Origin: Raja brachyura
Taxonomy: Eukaryota
Direction of reading: 5' to 3'
Assembly: GCA_963514005.1 (NCBI GenBank)
Contig: OY740800.1
Location: 24,862,001 to 24,926,000, forward strand
DNA: 64,000 bases
Positions 49,131-62,279 of the stretch are shown here, piece after piece. Made by a program: the position numbers and the translations under genes. The notes under the pieces were generated by a model. The model was not told where the DNA came from and did no database searches. It saw only the letters and a list, made by a program, of their open reading frames with translations. Positions within the stretch are counted from its first letter, which is position 1; the number at the start of each line of letters is the position of its first letter.

Positions 49131-51840
49131 CAGGGCTCCCACTGAACTTTTTTTCTCTGTTTCCAGACGGGCAACCTAGGCAGCTTTTTAGGTTGCCAAA
49201 TGACAGTTTAGGTAGTCATTTCAGACGGCTTGCATGACGCGTGCAATAATGTGCCCGGCGAAGTGCAATAATAGTTACCAGTCGGAATTATGCACAATGA
49301 AACATTCACATATCATTTCTGCTTCAAAATAAAGTCACAAACTAAACATATTCACCAATCAAGACATGATATATACCACAATGACATGATATATACCACA
49401 ATACAGCAAAATTATAATTTCAGTATCTCAACTCCTTTTACACATTGCAATAAATGCAATTTCTATTATTTCTTTCCACTTCCAAACAAAAATCTGGTTG
49501 GATTATTCAGCGTATGATCAACCTCAGTGAGACCAAGTGCAGGCTTGGCGATCGCTTCGTACAACACCTCAACTCAGTTCGCAATAACCAACCTGATCTC
49601 CCAGTGGCTCAGCACTTCAACTCCCCCTCCCATTCCGAATGCGACCTTTCTGTCCTGGGCCTCCTCCATGGCCAGAGTGATGACCACCGCAAATTGGAGG
49701 AACAGAACCTCATATTTCGCTTGGGTAGTTTACATCCGAGCGGGATGAACATTGGCTTCTCCAATTTCAGGTAGTCCATGCTTTCTCCCTCCCATTCCCA
49801 GCTCTCCCACAGCCTACTGTCTCCGCCTCTTCCTTTCTTTTTCCTCCCCCCCCCCCCCAACATCAGTCTGAAGAAGGGTCTCGACTCGAAACGTCGCCTA
49901 TTCCTTCGCTCCAGAGATGCTGCCTCACCCGCTGATTTTCTCCAGCTTTTTTGTCTACCACCCATTCACACAAGTTCTGTTATCCCACTTTCCTCACCCA
50001 CTCACCACACAGTAGAGGCAATTTTACAGAGACAAGTTAACCTATAAAACCATGCATCTTTGGGATGTGGGAGGAAACCACACGCTTGAAGGGAGAATGT
50101 GCAAATTCAACACAGACAGTGCCCGAACACAGATCTCTGGCGTGTGAGGCAGCAAATCTACAAGCTGTGCCACTATATTTTGTTTTCCAACACACACAAA
50201 AATTATACTTTGATAACTTTGTTTACTAAAAAAAAGAAACTATCCATTTTTAGTCTCAAATCTTTAAGTGACGCTTTGTCCCCCTTTACAGCTACTGTAT
50301 GTTTTAATTCAGTTCAAGACTATGGGATGGTACATTGGCCATAAAGTTGCTGCCTAAAAGTGCCAGACACCCGGAATTGATCCTGAATATGTGTGCTGTC
50401 TGTATGGAGTTTGCTCCTTTGCCTTTGATCGCATTGGGTTTCTCCGGGTGCTCTTGTTCCCTTCCACATTCCAAAGGCGTGCAGGAACCTTTTTCAGACC
50501 CAACACAAAAAGGAATATTTTCCTTTTGTCCAGAGATTCTGTCTGACCTGTTGAGTTACTCCAGCTTTTTATGTCTATCTTCAGTTTAAACCAGCGTCTG
50601 CATTTCCTTCCTACACACACAATACTATACAATAGAACTTTATTAATCCCAGGTGGGAAATTGTGTGTGTGAGTATATATAAATTATACACACACACATA
50701 TATATATATATTTATATGGTTATATATTCATATATAAATATACACCGTTTTGTTTTCTCGTTTATAACATTGTTATAACTATGTTTACATATTCTGCTGT
50801 GCTGCTGCAAGTAAGGATTTCATTGTTCTAACTGGGACATGAGAGAATAAAACGCTCTTGACTTACGTCGCTAATGTGGGATGGAACTAGTGTACGGGTG
50901 ATCGGTGGTAGGTGTGGACTCGGTGGGCCGAAGGGCATGTTTCCATGCTGTATCTTTAAATTAAACTAAAAACACTAAAATCAGAGGGAGTATAAAGAAG
51001 GGTTTCTACCCGAAACGTTACCCAATTTCTTCTATCCAGAGATGCTGGCTGCTCCATGGAGTTGTCCTGCATAATGAAAGCATGGAATAGTCTTCACCCT
51101 ACCATAGTTACCCAACCAGACGCAACTAAATTTAAGGTATCTCTTTTTTCCCCCCAAGAACCCTTTTTTGTTTAAGCCCAAGTCAAGAGTCAAGAGAGTT
51201 TTATTGTCATGTGTCCCAGATAGGACAATGAAATTCTTGCTTGCTGCAGCACAACAGAATATGTAAACATAATACAGAACAGGAGATAAAATTTCAGTGT
51301 GTTTATATACCATAGACCATATATATATATACACAATAAATAAACAGATAAAGTGCAATAGGCTGTTATTGTTCAGAGTTTGGAGTTTGGCTCCACCACC
51401 TCCAGTTTAAATTCTATTTGGAATATTTTTGGAGGACCAGGAAACCAAGAAGCAAGTTACTCCAGCTCCAGGGAGTGATTCTGCGTTGGTTTTGAGCGGT
51501 TACGGCGAGGCCGCGACCGGACAGCAATGGTGGCCAGATCTCCTGCAATGCAAAGGGAGGGAGAAAGTGCCCAGGGCCGAACTGTTTCCGTGGCAGTGTG
51601 CATGTGCAAGGCGACCGGCCGTGCCGGCGGATGAGGAGTGGCTGGAGAGTGAATGACCGGACACGGATGGCGGGCGGAGACGGAGAATGACGGAGAGAGA
51701 GAGATAGAGAGGGGAGCCCTCTCAGAGTTGAACAGCAGGTGTCCCGGGTGCTTGCCAAGCCGGGCAAAATGATACGGCTTTTAGGTTGTCCAGCGGGACC
51801 TTAGGTGGCCATTGGCACCTGTGCAACTGTTCGAGTTCTG
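49131..51840. mobile_element. Non-autonomous CAGGGCTC-ended DNA element, copy 1 (5-bp TSD, hAT5-like)
   Basis: Ends homologous to 61104-63952; flanks GATGA / GATGG; splits the Tc1 DDE domain. Confidence 0.8.
49525..49960 (+). mobile_element. Penelope-like 3' end
   Basis: ETKCRLGDRFVQHLNSVRNNQPDLPVAQHFNSPSH...GMNIGFSNFR, then core ctgaagaagggtctcgactcgaaacgtc. Confidence 0.9.
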
Positions 51841-52465
51841 GATGGGAATCATTGTCTTGCTGTAGATTGAACTGCCGGCCAATGAGTTTTGAGGCATTTG
51901 TTTGAACATAAACAGATAGTAAGTGTCTATCCACTTCAGAATTCATTATGCTACTACCATCAGCAGTTGTATCATCAATGAAGATAAGTGAGTCAGTACC
52001 TTCAGCAGCCATACATGCCCAGGCCATAACATCCCCACCACCGTGTTTCACAGATGAGGTGGTTTGCTTTGAATCTTCGGCAGTTCCTTCTCTCTTTGTC
52101 TAAGTTAATCTACATCTCATCTGTCCACAAGACCTTTTTCCAGAACTGTGGTTGCTCTTTTAAGTACTTCTTGGCAAACTGTAACCTGGCCAACTTATTG
52201 TGTTTCTGATCTGTTGGACAGGTGTTTGGGGATTTTTCTTTATTATAGAGAGAATTGTTCTGTCATCAGCTATGGAGGTCTTCCTTGGCCTCCCAGTCCC
52301 TTTGCGATTAGTAAGTTCACCAGTGCTCTCTTTCTTCTTAATGATGTTCCAAACAGTTGATTTTGGTAAGCCTAAGGTTTGGCTGATGTCTCTAACAGTT
52401 TTATTTATGGTTCTCAGTCTCATAATGGCTTTTTTGACTTTCATTGGCACAACTTTGGTCCTCAT
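51841..52465 (-). pseudogene. Tc1 transposase, N-terminal part
   Basis: Paired-like HTH (RDISQTLGLPKSTVWNIIKK), GRPRKT, VLWTDE, KHGGGDVMAWACM and QQDND motifs; stops and deletions. Confidence 0.92.
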
Positions 52466-53484
52466 GTTGATAAACAGCAATAAAAGTTTCCAAAGGTGAT
52501 GGAAAGACTGGAGGAAATACTAAGTGCTGAGAGCTCTCTTGTACCTGCATTAATGAGGCATTTAATCACACCTGAGCAATTACAAACACCTGTGATGCCA
52601 TGTGTCCCAATCATTATGGTGCCCTGAAATGTATAAACATTGCTGTAATTTATGTAGAAATCAAAATGTATAAAATGTATGAAAATACCCAATAATAAAA
52701 TCTGACATTCTGTACTTTAACCACATGTGATTTCTTTCTACACTAAATCTCAAATTGTGGATTACAGGGGCAAATAAATAAATGATGGGTTTTTGTCCCA
52801 AACATTATGGAGGGCATTGTATTCCATTTGTTTAATGATGGGTAGTGTGATTATTAAACAAAATGAAAGAAGTATAGCAAGTGTATGTAGAAGGATATGA
52901 TGTGAGTTACTATAGTACATGAATGTTTTGACTTGCAGGGAAATTGGCTTAAGGATGGTTGTCAGATACTGTCCATCCAGTATCTGTCCAGGGGCTATCA
53001 GAATTTCTATTCCTTAGGGTACATGTGAGCATGTAGAATCGCATTAATGTGGTAGACAAAATCGGAGTAAATAGTGCTTATCACTAATAATGAAAAATAT
53101 TGTGGACTTAATTTAAAAAGCAATAGGTTTGATACTAAGACCAGCCAGATCCCTGCAGGTAATTAAAAAAGAATAGCCATGAGTCATTTTGCTTGTGGGT
53201 TGTTGCTGCTGTGTAGCTCCCTGTAATGAACTGTCAAAATGTATCCAATAATGTTGGGAAGAAAGGAAGTGAATTGTCATAGATTTTTGTTAGTATTTAT
53301 CATGTCATTTATTTTTGTCTCTGCTGAAATCTTGCAATTGAAATTGTAAATCCTATAAGGTAAAGTGAAATCTGGTGAGGGAGAAACAGTGGGAACAGGG
53401 GATGTTAATATTTATTTACAAAATATATGTCAACTGTGCTGGTTTAGGAGCTGGGAGATGGAAAACAGCATAACACTGAGCGAA

Positions 53485-54200
53485 GATGGGCACAAAATGC
53501 TGGAGTAACTCAGCGGGACAGGCAGCATCTCTGGATAGAAAGAATGCGTGATGTTTTGGGTCGAGATCCTTCTTCAGACTGAGTCGGGAGAGGGAGATAC
53601 AGAGATAAGGAAATGTAAGGTGTGAAAATGAGACAAGGGGGATGGGGATCAAGGGACATGTAGAATAGATTATTGGGTGTACACAAAAGGCTGGAGAAAC
53701 TCAGCAGGTGCAGCAGCATCTAAGGAGCGAAGGAGATAGGCGATGTTTCGGGTCGAGACCCTTCTTCAGACTGGTTAGGGATCAGGGATAGAATAGATTA
53801 TTGTTAGCTGGGAAAAGGTAACAACAAAGCAAACAGATAAACTATAAACAAGGACAGTCGGATTAGTCGGAGAAAGGGGAAGGGATGGAGAGAGAGGGAA
53901 AGCAAGGATTACTTGAAGTTAAAGGTCAATATTCATACAGCTGGGGTGTTAGCTGCCCAAGCGAAATATGATGTGTTGTTCCTCCAGTTTGTACTGGGCC
54001 CCACTCTGACGACGAGGAGGCCCAGAACAGATAGGTCAGTGTGGGAATGGGAGAGAGAGTTAAAGTCAGTCTGAAGAAGGGTCTTGACCTAAAATGTCAC
54101 CCATTACTACTATCCATAGATGCTGCCTGTCCCGCTGAGTTACTCCAGCATTTTGTGTTTATCTTTGGATTAAACCAGCATCCGCTGTTTCTTCCTACTA
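53485..54200 (-). mobile_element. Penelope-like 3' end with inverted terminal repeat and a nested younger unit
   Basis: Minus-strand terminal repeat plus GIY-YIG C-terminal remnant; plus-strand inverted repeat at 54065-54200. Confidence 0.82.
53676..53788 (-). mobile_element. 113-bp Penelope-terminal hammerhead unit with 15-bp TSD
   Basis: TAGAATAGATTATTG at 53661-53675 and 53789-53803; same subfamily as 18147-18266 and 37282-37390. Confidence 0.85.
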
Positions 54201-54564
54201 CATAACACTGAGTGATCTCTGGATTTGTTATACTACGAAGCTGGGAAACTGTCTGCACTATGGTTTTTAACTAATTTCATTAGATAGAAGGCAAACAAAA
54301 GATTTTCACCAGCTCTCAGGACGAGTGACAATAATAAACCTAAACTTAAGGATGGACTTATTTTCTTTGGCAAAGAGATTGAAGACATGGACAAAGATTG
54401 AAGGCTATTTGGGGAAAAATGTGTTGATCCAAAGTGCTATGGTGTCTCGATTTCTGTGGCATTGAAAAGGTATCTTGGAAAAACGCTTGAAGAGCCACAG
54501 TTCTCTTGAAGTTGGAGAAATCAATATTCATACCGCAGGTTTGTCTGCCCAAACTTGCAATCAA

Positions 54565-55220
54565 GCAGTATGAATATTGATATCTCTAACTGCAGCTACG
54601 CTTGCATCCCCTCTCTTCCACAAATTCACCACTCTCTGTGTGAAAAAGTTTTTCCTCATCTCAGTTCTAAATGACCTACCTCTTATTCTTAAACTGTGGC
54701 CCCTGGTTCTGGACTCCCCAACAACGGGAACATGTTTCTGCAACTAGCGTGTCCAATCCCTTAATTTTTGTGTTTCTACACCGACCAACATGCTCCATCT
54801 ACACTAGTCCCACCTGCCTGGGTTTGGTCCATATCCTACTAAACCTGTCCTATCCATGTACCGATCTAAATATTTAATAAATGTTGCGATAGTCCTACCT
54901 CAGCTACCTCCATCGGCAGCTTGTGCCATACACCCATCATCCTTTGTGTAAAAAAAAGTTGCCCCTCAGATTCCTATTATATATTTCACTCTCACCTTAA
55001 ACCTATGTCTGGTTCTGGATTCCCCTACTCTGGGCAAAAGACTGGGCAATTACCCAATCTATTTTTCTCGTGATTTTGCACACCTCTATAAGATTACCCC
55101 TCGTCCTCTCTTGCGCTCCAAGGAATAAAGTCCAGGCCTTCTCAACCTCCCCGTATAGCTCAGGCTCTTGAGTCCTGGCAACATCTTGGTAAATCTTCTC
55201 TGCACCCTATCCAGCTTATG
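54565..55220 (-). mobile_element. Two CR1 3' fragments
   Basis: GESRTRGHSLRIRGRSFRTEMRKNFFTQRVVNLW peptide and a second, older tail. Confidence 0.85.
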
Positions 55221-55447
55221 GATTTTCAACTCTCATTGCAATGGAACATGGGCTTGCTTTACACGAGGAGCCGCTGAATGGTTTATGTTGTGTGCAATAG
55301 GACGCAAGCAGTAGTTTCCTGGTTAGAGTTGGTGTTCAGTAAGGAAGCTTGCATTAACCACTGGGTTCCAAAACCACACGGCACAACTCTGACCATAACC
55401 CAGGACCCTGCCTCGAGCGTACCAACCTCCTGCAAACTTTGCATTAC

Positions 55448-55893
55448 TTTTTATTTTATTTTTAATTTATTGGAAGCAAATGTACAGAAATAGAACCAAC
55501 GGCATATAAAATTATACAGTTATTGTACAGCTTCAATTTTCACTTTGAGTTAGAGGAAAAGAAAGGAGAAAAAGTGAGATGTGCAAAAATAGAACCCCTA
55601 GACGACCAAAGTAGTGTAGCCAAAGAGTGACTGAAAGAAAGAAAGAAGAGAGGGATGGAGAAAAAAAATAAATGGTCAAAATGGCCTCTCATCCCTCCCC
55701 ACCCACCTCACCCAACCCGTAATTAGATTTAAATCCAAAGTTGTGGTGCGCCATACTATCCTTGTAATAAATCAATGAATGGTGTCCATGTCTTGGAAAA
55801 ATGATCTGTTTTTTCTGCCAAGACAAGTCTAATATTTTCAAGATGTAGTGTCTCGGACATGTTTATAATCCACAACTTTGCATTACTCTTGTT
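55448..55893 (-). mobile_element. L1 LINE 3' end
   Basis: LWIINMSETLHLENIRLVLAEKTDHFSKTWTPFIDLLQG* resembles the fish-type L1 ORF2 C-terminus; followed by a 3' UTR and aataaa/A-rich tail. Confidence 0.75.
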
Positions 55894-56119
55894 GTATGAC
55901 CGATAATTTATTGTACATTTCTAGTTGTTGTGGTCCAATGTGTCTGTAAAGCTGCAGCAAGTAAGGATTTTGTTGTGTAGGAAAGAACTGCAGATGCTGG
56001 TCTAAATGGAAGTTGGACACAGAATGCTTGAGTAACGCAGTGGGACAGGCAGCATCTCTGGAGAGAAGGAATGGGTGATATCTCGGGTCGAGACCCTTCA
56101 AGAATTCCGTTGTTCCGGT

Positions 56120-56350
56120 TCATATCCAGAGTTTGAACGTTCCCCCTGTGACTGCATCGGTTTTCTCCGGGTGCTTTGGTTTCCTCCCACACTCCAAAGA
56201 CATGCAGGTCTGTAGGTTAATTGGCTTCGGTAAAATTGTCCCTATTGTTGAAGTTAGTGTTAGTGTACGGGGTGCTCTTTGGTCGGCACGGACTTGGTGG
56301 GCCAAAGGGCCTGTTTCTGCTCTGTATCTCTAAAGTAAAAGTCGAAAGTA
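56120..56350 (+). mobile_element. HE1-like V-SINE, 3' part
   Basis: Core and tail. Confidence 0.82.
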
Positions 56351-56644
56351 AAGTCTTGAATATCTGTTATAATGTGAGCAGTGTCAATATGCTTCAGAAA
56401 ATATTGCCATCCATGTTACTTTAGTTTTGAGATGTAAATATATCAAATTCTTCAAAGCAGAAATGGATTATTATAATCTAAAAATCCCAAATGATGTCTA
56501 ATTTGTTCATTTTGCATTGTTGATGCTGTAGTTAGAATTATTTGGGAGTGCTATTTACAGGCCCCAACCACCAAAGGGCAAAGAACCTGTTGAACGCTTG
56601 AACAACAATGACAATAGAATAGATGACATGCTTATTGAAGAATT

Positions 56645-57190
56645 ACACAAAATGCTGAAGTAATTCAGCGGGACAGGCAACATCTCTGAATAGAAGGAAT
56701 GGGTGACGTATTGGGTCGAGACCCTTCTTCAGACTCAGAGTCAGAGGAGAGGGAGACACAGAGATAAGAAAGTGTAAGCTGTGACATCAAAAGAGACATC
56801 AAAGGGGATGGAGCACAAGGAAAATGAAGAATAGATCATTGTTAGCCAGGAGAAGATGACAACGAAGCAAACAGACATGAAATTTAATCAGGGGGTCAGT
56901 CAGACTGGTCGGAGAACTAGGAAGGGGGAGAGATGGAGAGAGAGGGAAAGCAAAGGTTACTTGAAGTTAGACAAGTCAATATTAATACTGCTGGGGTGTA
57001 TGCTACCCAACAAAATATGAGGTGCTGTTCCTCCAATTTGCGCTGGGCCTCACTCTGACAGTGGAGGAGGCCCAGGACAGAAAGGTCAGTGTGGGAATGG
57101 GAGGGGGAGTTGGTGTTTAGCAACTGGGAGATCAAGTAGGTTTAGGCAGACTGAGCCGAGGTGTTTAGAGAAATAATCACTGAGCCTGCA
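56645..57190 (-). mobile_element. Penelope-like 3' end
   Basis: NSPSHSHTDLSVLGLLHCQSEAQRKLEEQHLIF peptide plus terminal repeat. Confidence 0.87.
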
Positions 57191-59187
57191 CTAATTACTG
57201 AAGGTCTCCGACAAATCATGGCAGTTGATGTTGAGCCGTTCTCTTATGGTTTTATGAAGCAGAAATGTTAAATTCCCACTGGGACGGGAATTCGTCGACT
57301 GACTTAGCTCGTGGGGTCTCAATTGCTCTCTTGATGACCTTGTTAGAAACCTCTCTGCTAAGGGCCTGGAATACAATTTGACAGATTAGGAATGTCAAAT
57401 TAGGTGCATGCACCTGTGTGTGTTTTAATTTTTAATACGCACTTGCACAGCTCCCTCTTGAATGTTACAGTTGAATCTACCTTAATTGTCACACTAGGCA
57501 GTGCATTCTGACTGTAAATCACTGCTGCGCAAGAATAAAAGTGGTTCCATGTGTCACTTTTGGTTCTTCTACCAATCGCTTTTTTTTGTATCTTGGTACT
57601 TCACCCTTCCAATGGCAACTTCTTCCAATCTACTCGCAACATACTCTCCATAATCTTAAATCGTGGAGATACCAGGCAACTGAATATATAAGGCAACTGA
57701 ACCATCCCATCAACAACTAGAGAGCAGTCCTGACCTACTATCTGCCTCATTGGAGACCCTTGAACAATCTTTGATTGGACATTATTGGAGTTTTTCTTGA
57801 ACTAATAAACCTCCTTCATGTTTTTCCCTTTGATTTGTGCACTGTGGGTGGCTCGATTGCAAACTTGTACTGTCTTTCTGCTGACTGGTTAGTACGCAAC
57901 AAAAGCTTTTCGCTGTACCTCGTTAAACATGACAATAAACTAACCTCAAATACCTTTGATGTCATCCCATAACCTTTTCTGTTCTTGGGTGGATGACCCC
58001 AGCACACCCAGTCTGACATAACTGAAATCCCTCATCCTTGGAAATAATAAAAAACTTTCCTGCACCCTCTCCAAAGTCTTTGCATCTTTCCTTTAGCCTT
58101 GCAAACAAAACTAGGCACTGCTCCAGTTGTGGCCAACCCAATGTTTTATCAAAGTTCATTTCACTTCCTTCCGCTAGTGCTTGCCATTTTCACTGGTTTG
58201 GACATAATGACCTAATTGTGGCCAATTGATCCAGTACTTGGCATTCTTACATGCCGTAGAGGCTCTATTTTGCATTTCTCTCAAGTCAGAAAAAGAAACT
58301 TTCAAAGTACTGATGTCTTTATTCAATTACTAGGTCAGTTTTCTTTCCATGCATTTATACCCTTTTTTATTCTATAGTCTTCAATCTGATCTCAATCCTT
58401 TTTTATGGCGGAATATTATGTCTTTTGTGTGCCTGTGTGTGTACACGTGCACGTGTGTGTACATATATATATTTATATGTACACACACACACACACACAC
58501 ACGTTGATGTGCATCAATATTTTTGCTTCAAGACAGAAAGGACACACTTATATAGAGATTTACATGGCTTTGCGTAAATCACTATTGTAATGTGATTCAT
58601 CTTCAATTCCACAGACTGAGAGGAGAAGCAAGCTGTCCTTGTTCTCAAGGGGCTAACTAAGAAGAAGGAGAAGAAGCACCTGTGAGTTGCCACAAAATAC
58701 AGTATTGTTTTACTGATACATGGACGGGAGCATAGGAGCGCTCTTTCTCCTTCAAAAAATTGCTTTGATCTTTTGTGCCTTTTCAAAGGGCCATATGAGA
58801 TTTTAGTTTGAGCGCCATATGAGATTTTAGATTACACCCTTGAGTGTTCAGCTGAACAGTAAATGCGACACATTCCAAGTTACTTTGAGGCATATGCTCA
58901 GCGGAGCAGTTAAAAGTTTGCACAGATTTTGAAAATATACTGTTAATAGCATTTTAACTCTGATGGGGGAAACTCGATTATTCTTGAATTATTTAGCAGC
59001 TCCTTAAACAACAGATTACTTGTGGCATGATGTTGGGACTTAAGAACGATTGGATTTCTCATTCATCAGCCATGCGTTTCATATTGGGTGTCAGAGCCAA
59101 GTGTGGTCTTCACGTGAGGCACCAAAAGAACATGAAATATAACACAAGCTGATGCTGACCTTGCCAGGGATGAATTCAAAGTACAAG

Positions 59188-59435
59188 ACAAGATGGCGAT
59201 GAAACCAAGTGACTCCTTGCGTGCCGGTCCCAGAAGTGGATCTACTGTCATTCTTTACAATTGCTCCACTCTTTTCCATCTTTATTTCAACAGCAGCACC
59301 TCACTCTAACTGTGCTATCTGTGCGCTGTGGACGGCCCGATTGCATTTGTGTGGTCTTTTCACTGACTTGATAGGACGCAACAAAAAGGTTTTTCACTGT
59401 ACCTCACTACACGTGACAATGATAAACTAAACTTA
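59188..59435 (+). mobile_element. Short non-autonomous element with Rex/Babar-like tail
   Basis: Starts caagatggcg and ends ttttcactgtacctcactacacgtgacaatgataaactaaac. Confidence 0.5.
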
Positions 59436-60679
59436 GTTGTAGCATGGTAAGTTTGCAACAATTATTAGAAAAATAAATAGGACATATCAAAAAACTATAG
59501 GCATTTTTGTACCCTGTATTAACATTCGCCTGGTATTTCTCATTGCTTTTCAGCAATAATTAATTACATGTAAAAAAGTTTTTTTTTAAACTTGAAGCTG
59601 GTCATTAATAGATATTAAATGGACATCTTCTAGCTTGTAATATGTTGCCTCTTGTTTTATTGGATTTTGGTGCCAAAGTTAATTCAATCAGCGTAACGGG
59701 GAAGTTGTAATAATAAGGAACTGCAGATGCTGGTTTATACCAAATATAGATACAAAAGATAGGCAAAAATGCTTGAGTAATTAAGCGGGTCAGGCAGCAT
59801 CACTGGAAAAAACGGATAGGTGATGTTTTGGGTCGAGACTGAAGTAGGGTCCCAGCCTATCTATTTTTGCAAAGATGCTGCCCGACCCGCTGTGTCGCTC
59901 CAGTTTTTTTGTATCTGTAGCTGGAAAGTTATTGGTTTATTTTGAGCAAAATTCCATAAACTAGTTGAGAAACTTGTGACATTTCTGCATTTTTTATTCT
60001 CTTCTTGTTGGATTACCCAAGTTAAAATTGGGTAGGATATTTGTGTATTAAACATGACTCCATCAACTGAAGAGCTCATTACTTAGACTGCACCTTATTT
60101 TATTCTTGTTCCCATTAATTGACATGCTGAAATGTTTTTTGTCCTGAGCCTTCATCAGAAGAAGCCTGAGGAAGGGTCCCAACCCGAAACGTCACCTATC
60201 CAAAGATTCCCCACTGTCTGGAAGCTAAGAAATCCTCTTAAATTTTTCAATTTTTATATTAACTTGTTTCCTCCTCTTCTCAATATTTTCCCTTTTATTT
60301 ATCTGTGTTTTCTAAAAAGATCCAAAATCGCTAACCTACTCTACTACTAAACTTGCAAAATTATATGTTTTTCAACCACTTTCATACCATCCTTAAAGTT
60401 CTTTATCAGGCAAAGATGGGTCTTGACCAGAAACATCAATTACCCATGTTCGCCAGAGATGCCGCCTAACCTGCTGAATTACTCCAGCACTTTGTGTAAA
60501 CCTGCATCTGCAGTTCCTTGTTTCAACAAACTAAAAGATGATGTATCGTTTTCTTGCATTATTTCTTCCTCGTCAGAATATATTTCTGCCGAGAAATATG
60601 AAATATCTTTGTTAAAGTCTGGCATGCCTTGATCTACCATCTTACCCTTAGTCTATTTTCTCAGTCCACTTTATCCAAC

Positions 60680-60708
60680 ATCATCATCATCATCATCATC
60701 ATCATCAT
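60680..60708 (+). repeat. (CAT)n microsatellite
   Basis: About 10 CAT units. Confidence 0.95.
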
Positions 60709-61283
60709 ACCGTTGTAAGTGTCTTTAATTAAATATCAGGTGCAGGTTAAAGATCCAGCTTTCTCACAAACCAAATGTGAAATTCTACTGTACTGGGATC
60801 ACCATTTCCTAGGGGGTTCCTTTACTATGAGATCATTAACTAATCCTGCCCCATTACACAACACCACATCTAGAATAGCTTACTCCCTCGATGGTGTCTC
60901 AACAAATTGCTCTAAGAAACCAACTTGAATATATTCCTAAGACATCGTTCTCAAGGTTAGTCTTGCCGACTTGAGTCAAAACATTGGTCAGGCCACACTG
61001 GGAGTATTATGTACAGTTCTGGTTCCGACATTGTAGGATTTCTGTGATTACACTGGGATTGGGATTGAAATGGGGTGGCACAGTGGCGCAGCAGTATAGT
61101 TGCCAGGGCTCTCGCTTAACTTTTTTTCCCTGTTGCCAGCCGGGCAACCTTGACTTTTTAGGTTACCAAATGACAGTTTAGGTGGTCATTTAAGACGGTC
61201 TGCATGACGCTTGCGATAATGTGCTCGGACGAAGTGCGTAGTTACCAGTCAGAATTATGCTCAATGAAGCATTCACATATTAT

Positions 61284-61500
61284 GTTCAAGAAGGAACTGC
61301 AGATGCTGGAAAATCGAAGGTAGACAAAAGTGCTGGAGAAACTCAGTGGGTGCAGCAGCATCTATGGAGCGAAGGAAATGAGTAACGTTTCAGGCCGAAA
61401 CCCATCAGTCTGAAGAAGGGTTTTGGGCAGAAACATTGCCTATTTCCTTCACTCCATAGATGCTGCCGCATCAGCTGAGTTTCTCCAGCACTTTTGTCTA
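61284..61500. mobile_element. Palindromic Penelope-terminal cassette with perfect 14-bp TSD
   Basis: CATTCACATATTAT at 61270-61283 and 61501-61514; the paralogous empty site is visible near 49303. Confidence 0.9.
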
Positions 61501-62279
61501 CATTCACATATTATTTCTGATTCAAATAACTCAAAAACTAAACATATTCACCAATCAAGATATGGTATATACCACAATGACATGCAGCAAAATTATAATA
61601 CAATATCTCAACTCTTTTTACACATTGCAATTAATGCAATTTCTATTAGTTCTTTCCACTTCTAAACAAAAATGTGGTTGGATTATTCAGCAAATGACCA
61701 ACCTGTGTCAATAAATCCTGGACCATGCACACTACAGATATATGCAAGCATGTTTTCTGTGAAGGACCGAAAATTACCATGACATGACCATAGCATGTGT
61801 CGTTATTGCGATTGGCACAGAAACACTCTGGCTTCCCACATAATTTATCCATAACAAAATATACAGGTTGCAAGGAAATTTCTGAAGGCATTTTATGATA
61901 ATAGCTGTTAAAACTGAATATACCCATCTGACAGGTTAAACATTACACTAACTGACAAGAGATGGCCAATGGACATAACTGCAGCAAATGTTCTTTTGGA
62001 AATATGTTTATAGGTGTCAAATCAAATAATAACATTGGGAATTAAAACACATTTGATTGCATTCCATTATCAAACATAGTCAATGTTCGCTCTGAACACC
62101 ATGAATCACAATAGGGTCAGGGGGTGTGTGAATCAGTGTGGGGTGAATAGATGGCGGGCGGGCGGGGGGGGGGGGGGGGGCGGGTTGAGAAGGCAATCGG
62201 TGAGGAATGGATGGATTGAGGCAGGTGAATTAGTACGTGTTGGTTGGAGTATGTAAAATTGTGAGGGGAGAGCACGGGG

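Larger units (their letters stand above)
48602..52819 (-). mobile_element. Tc1-family IR/DR transposon, interrupted
   Basis: About 220-bp TIRs starting CAGTGCCCTCCATAATGTTTGGGACAAA with an inner DR (cagggcaccataatgtttgggaca); right end ...attatggagggcattg followed by TA. Confidence 0.92.

Noticed and set aside
59140-59200. ADLARDEFKV peptide reminiscent of keratin coil 1B
   Set aside because: Too short, no splice context, and it runs into a repeat
61646-61927. 93-aa ORF as the transposase of the 5-bp-TSD element
   Set aside because: No clear hATC or DDE motif recognisable by eye; needs a profile search
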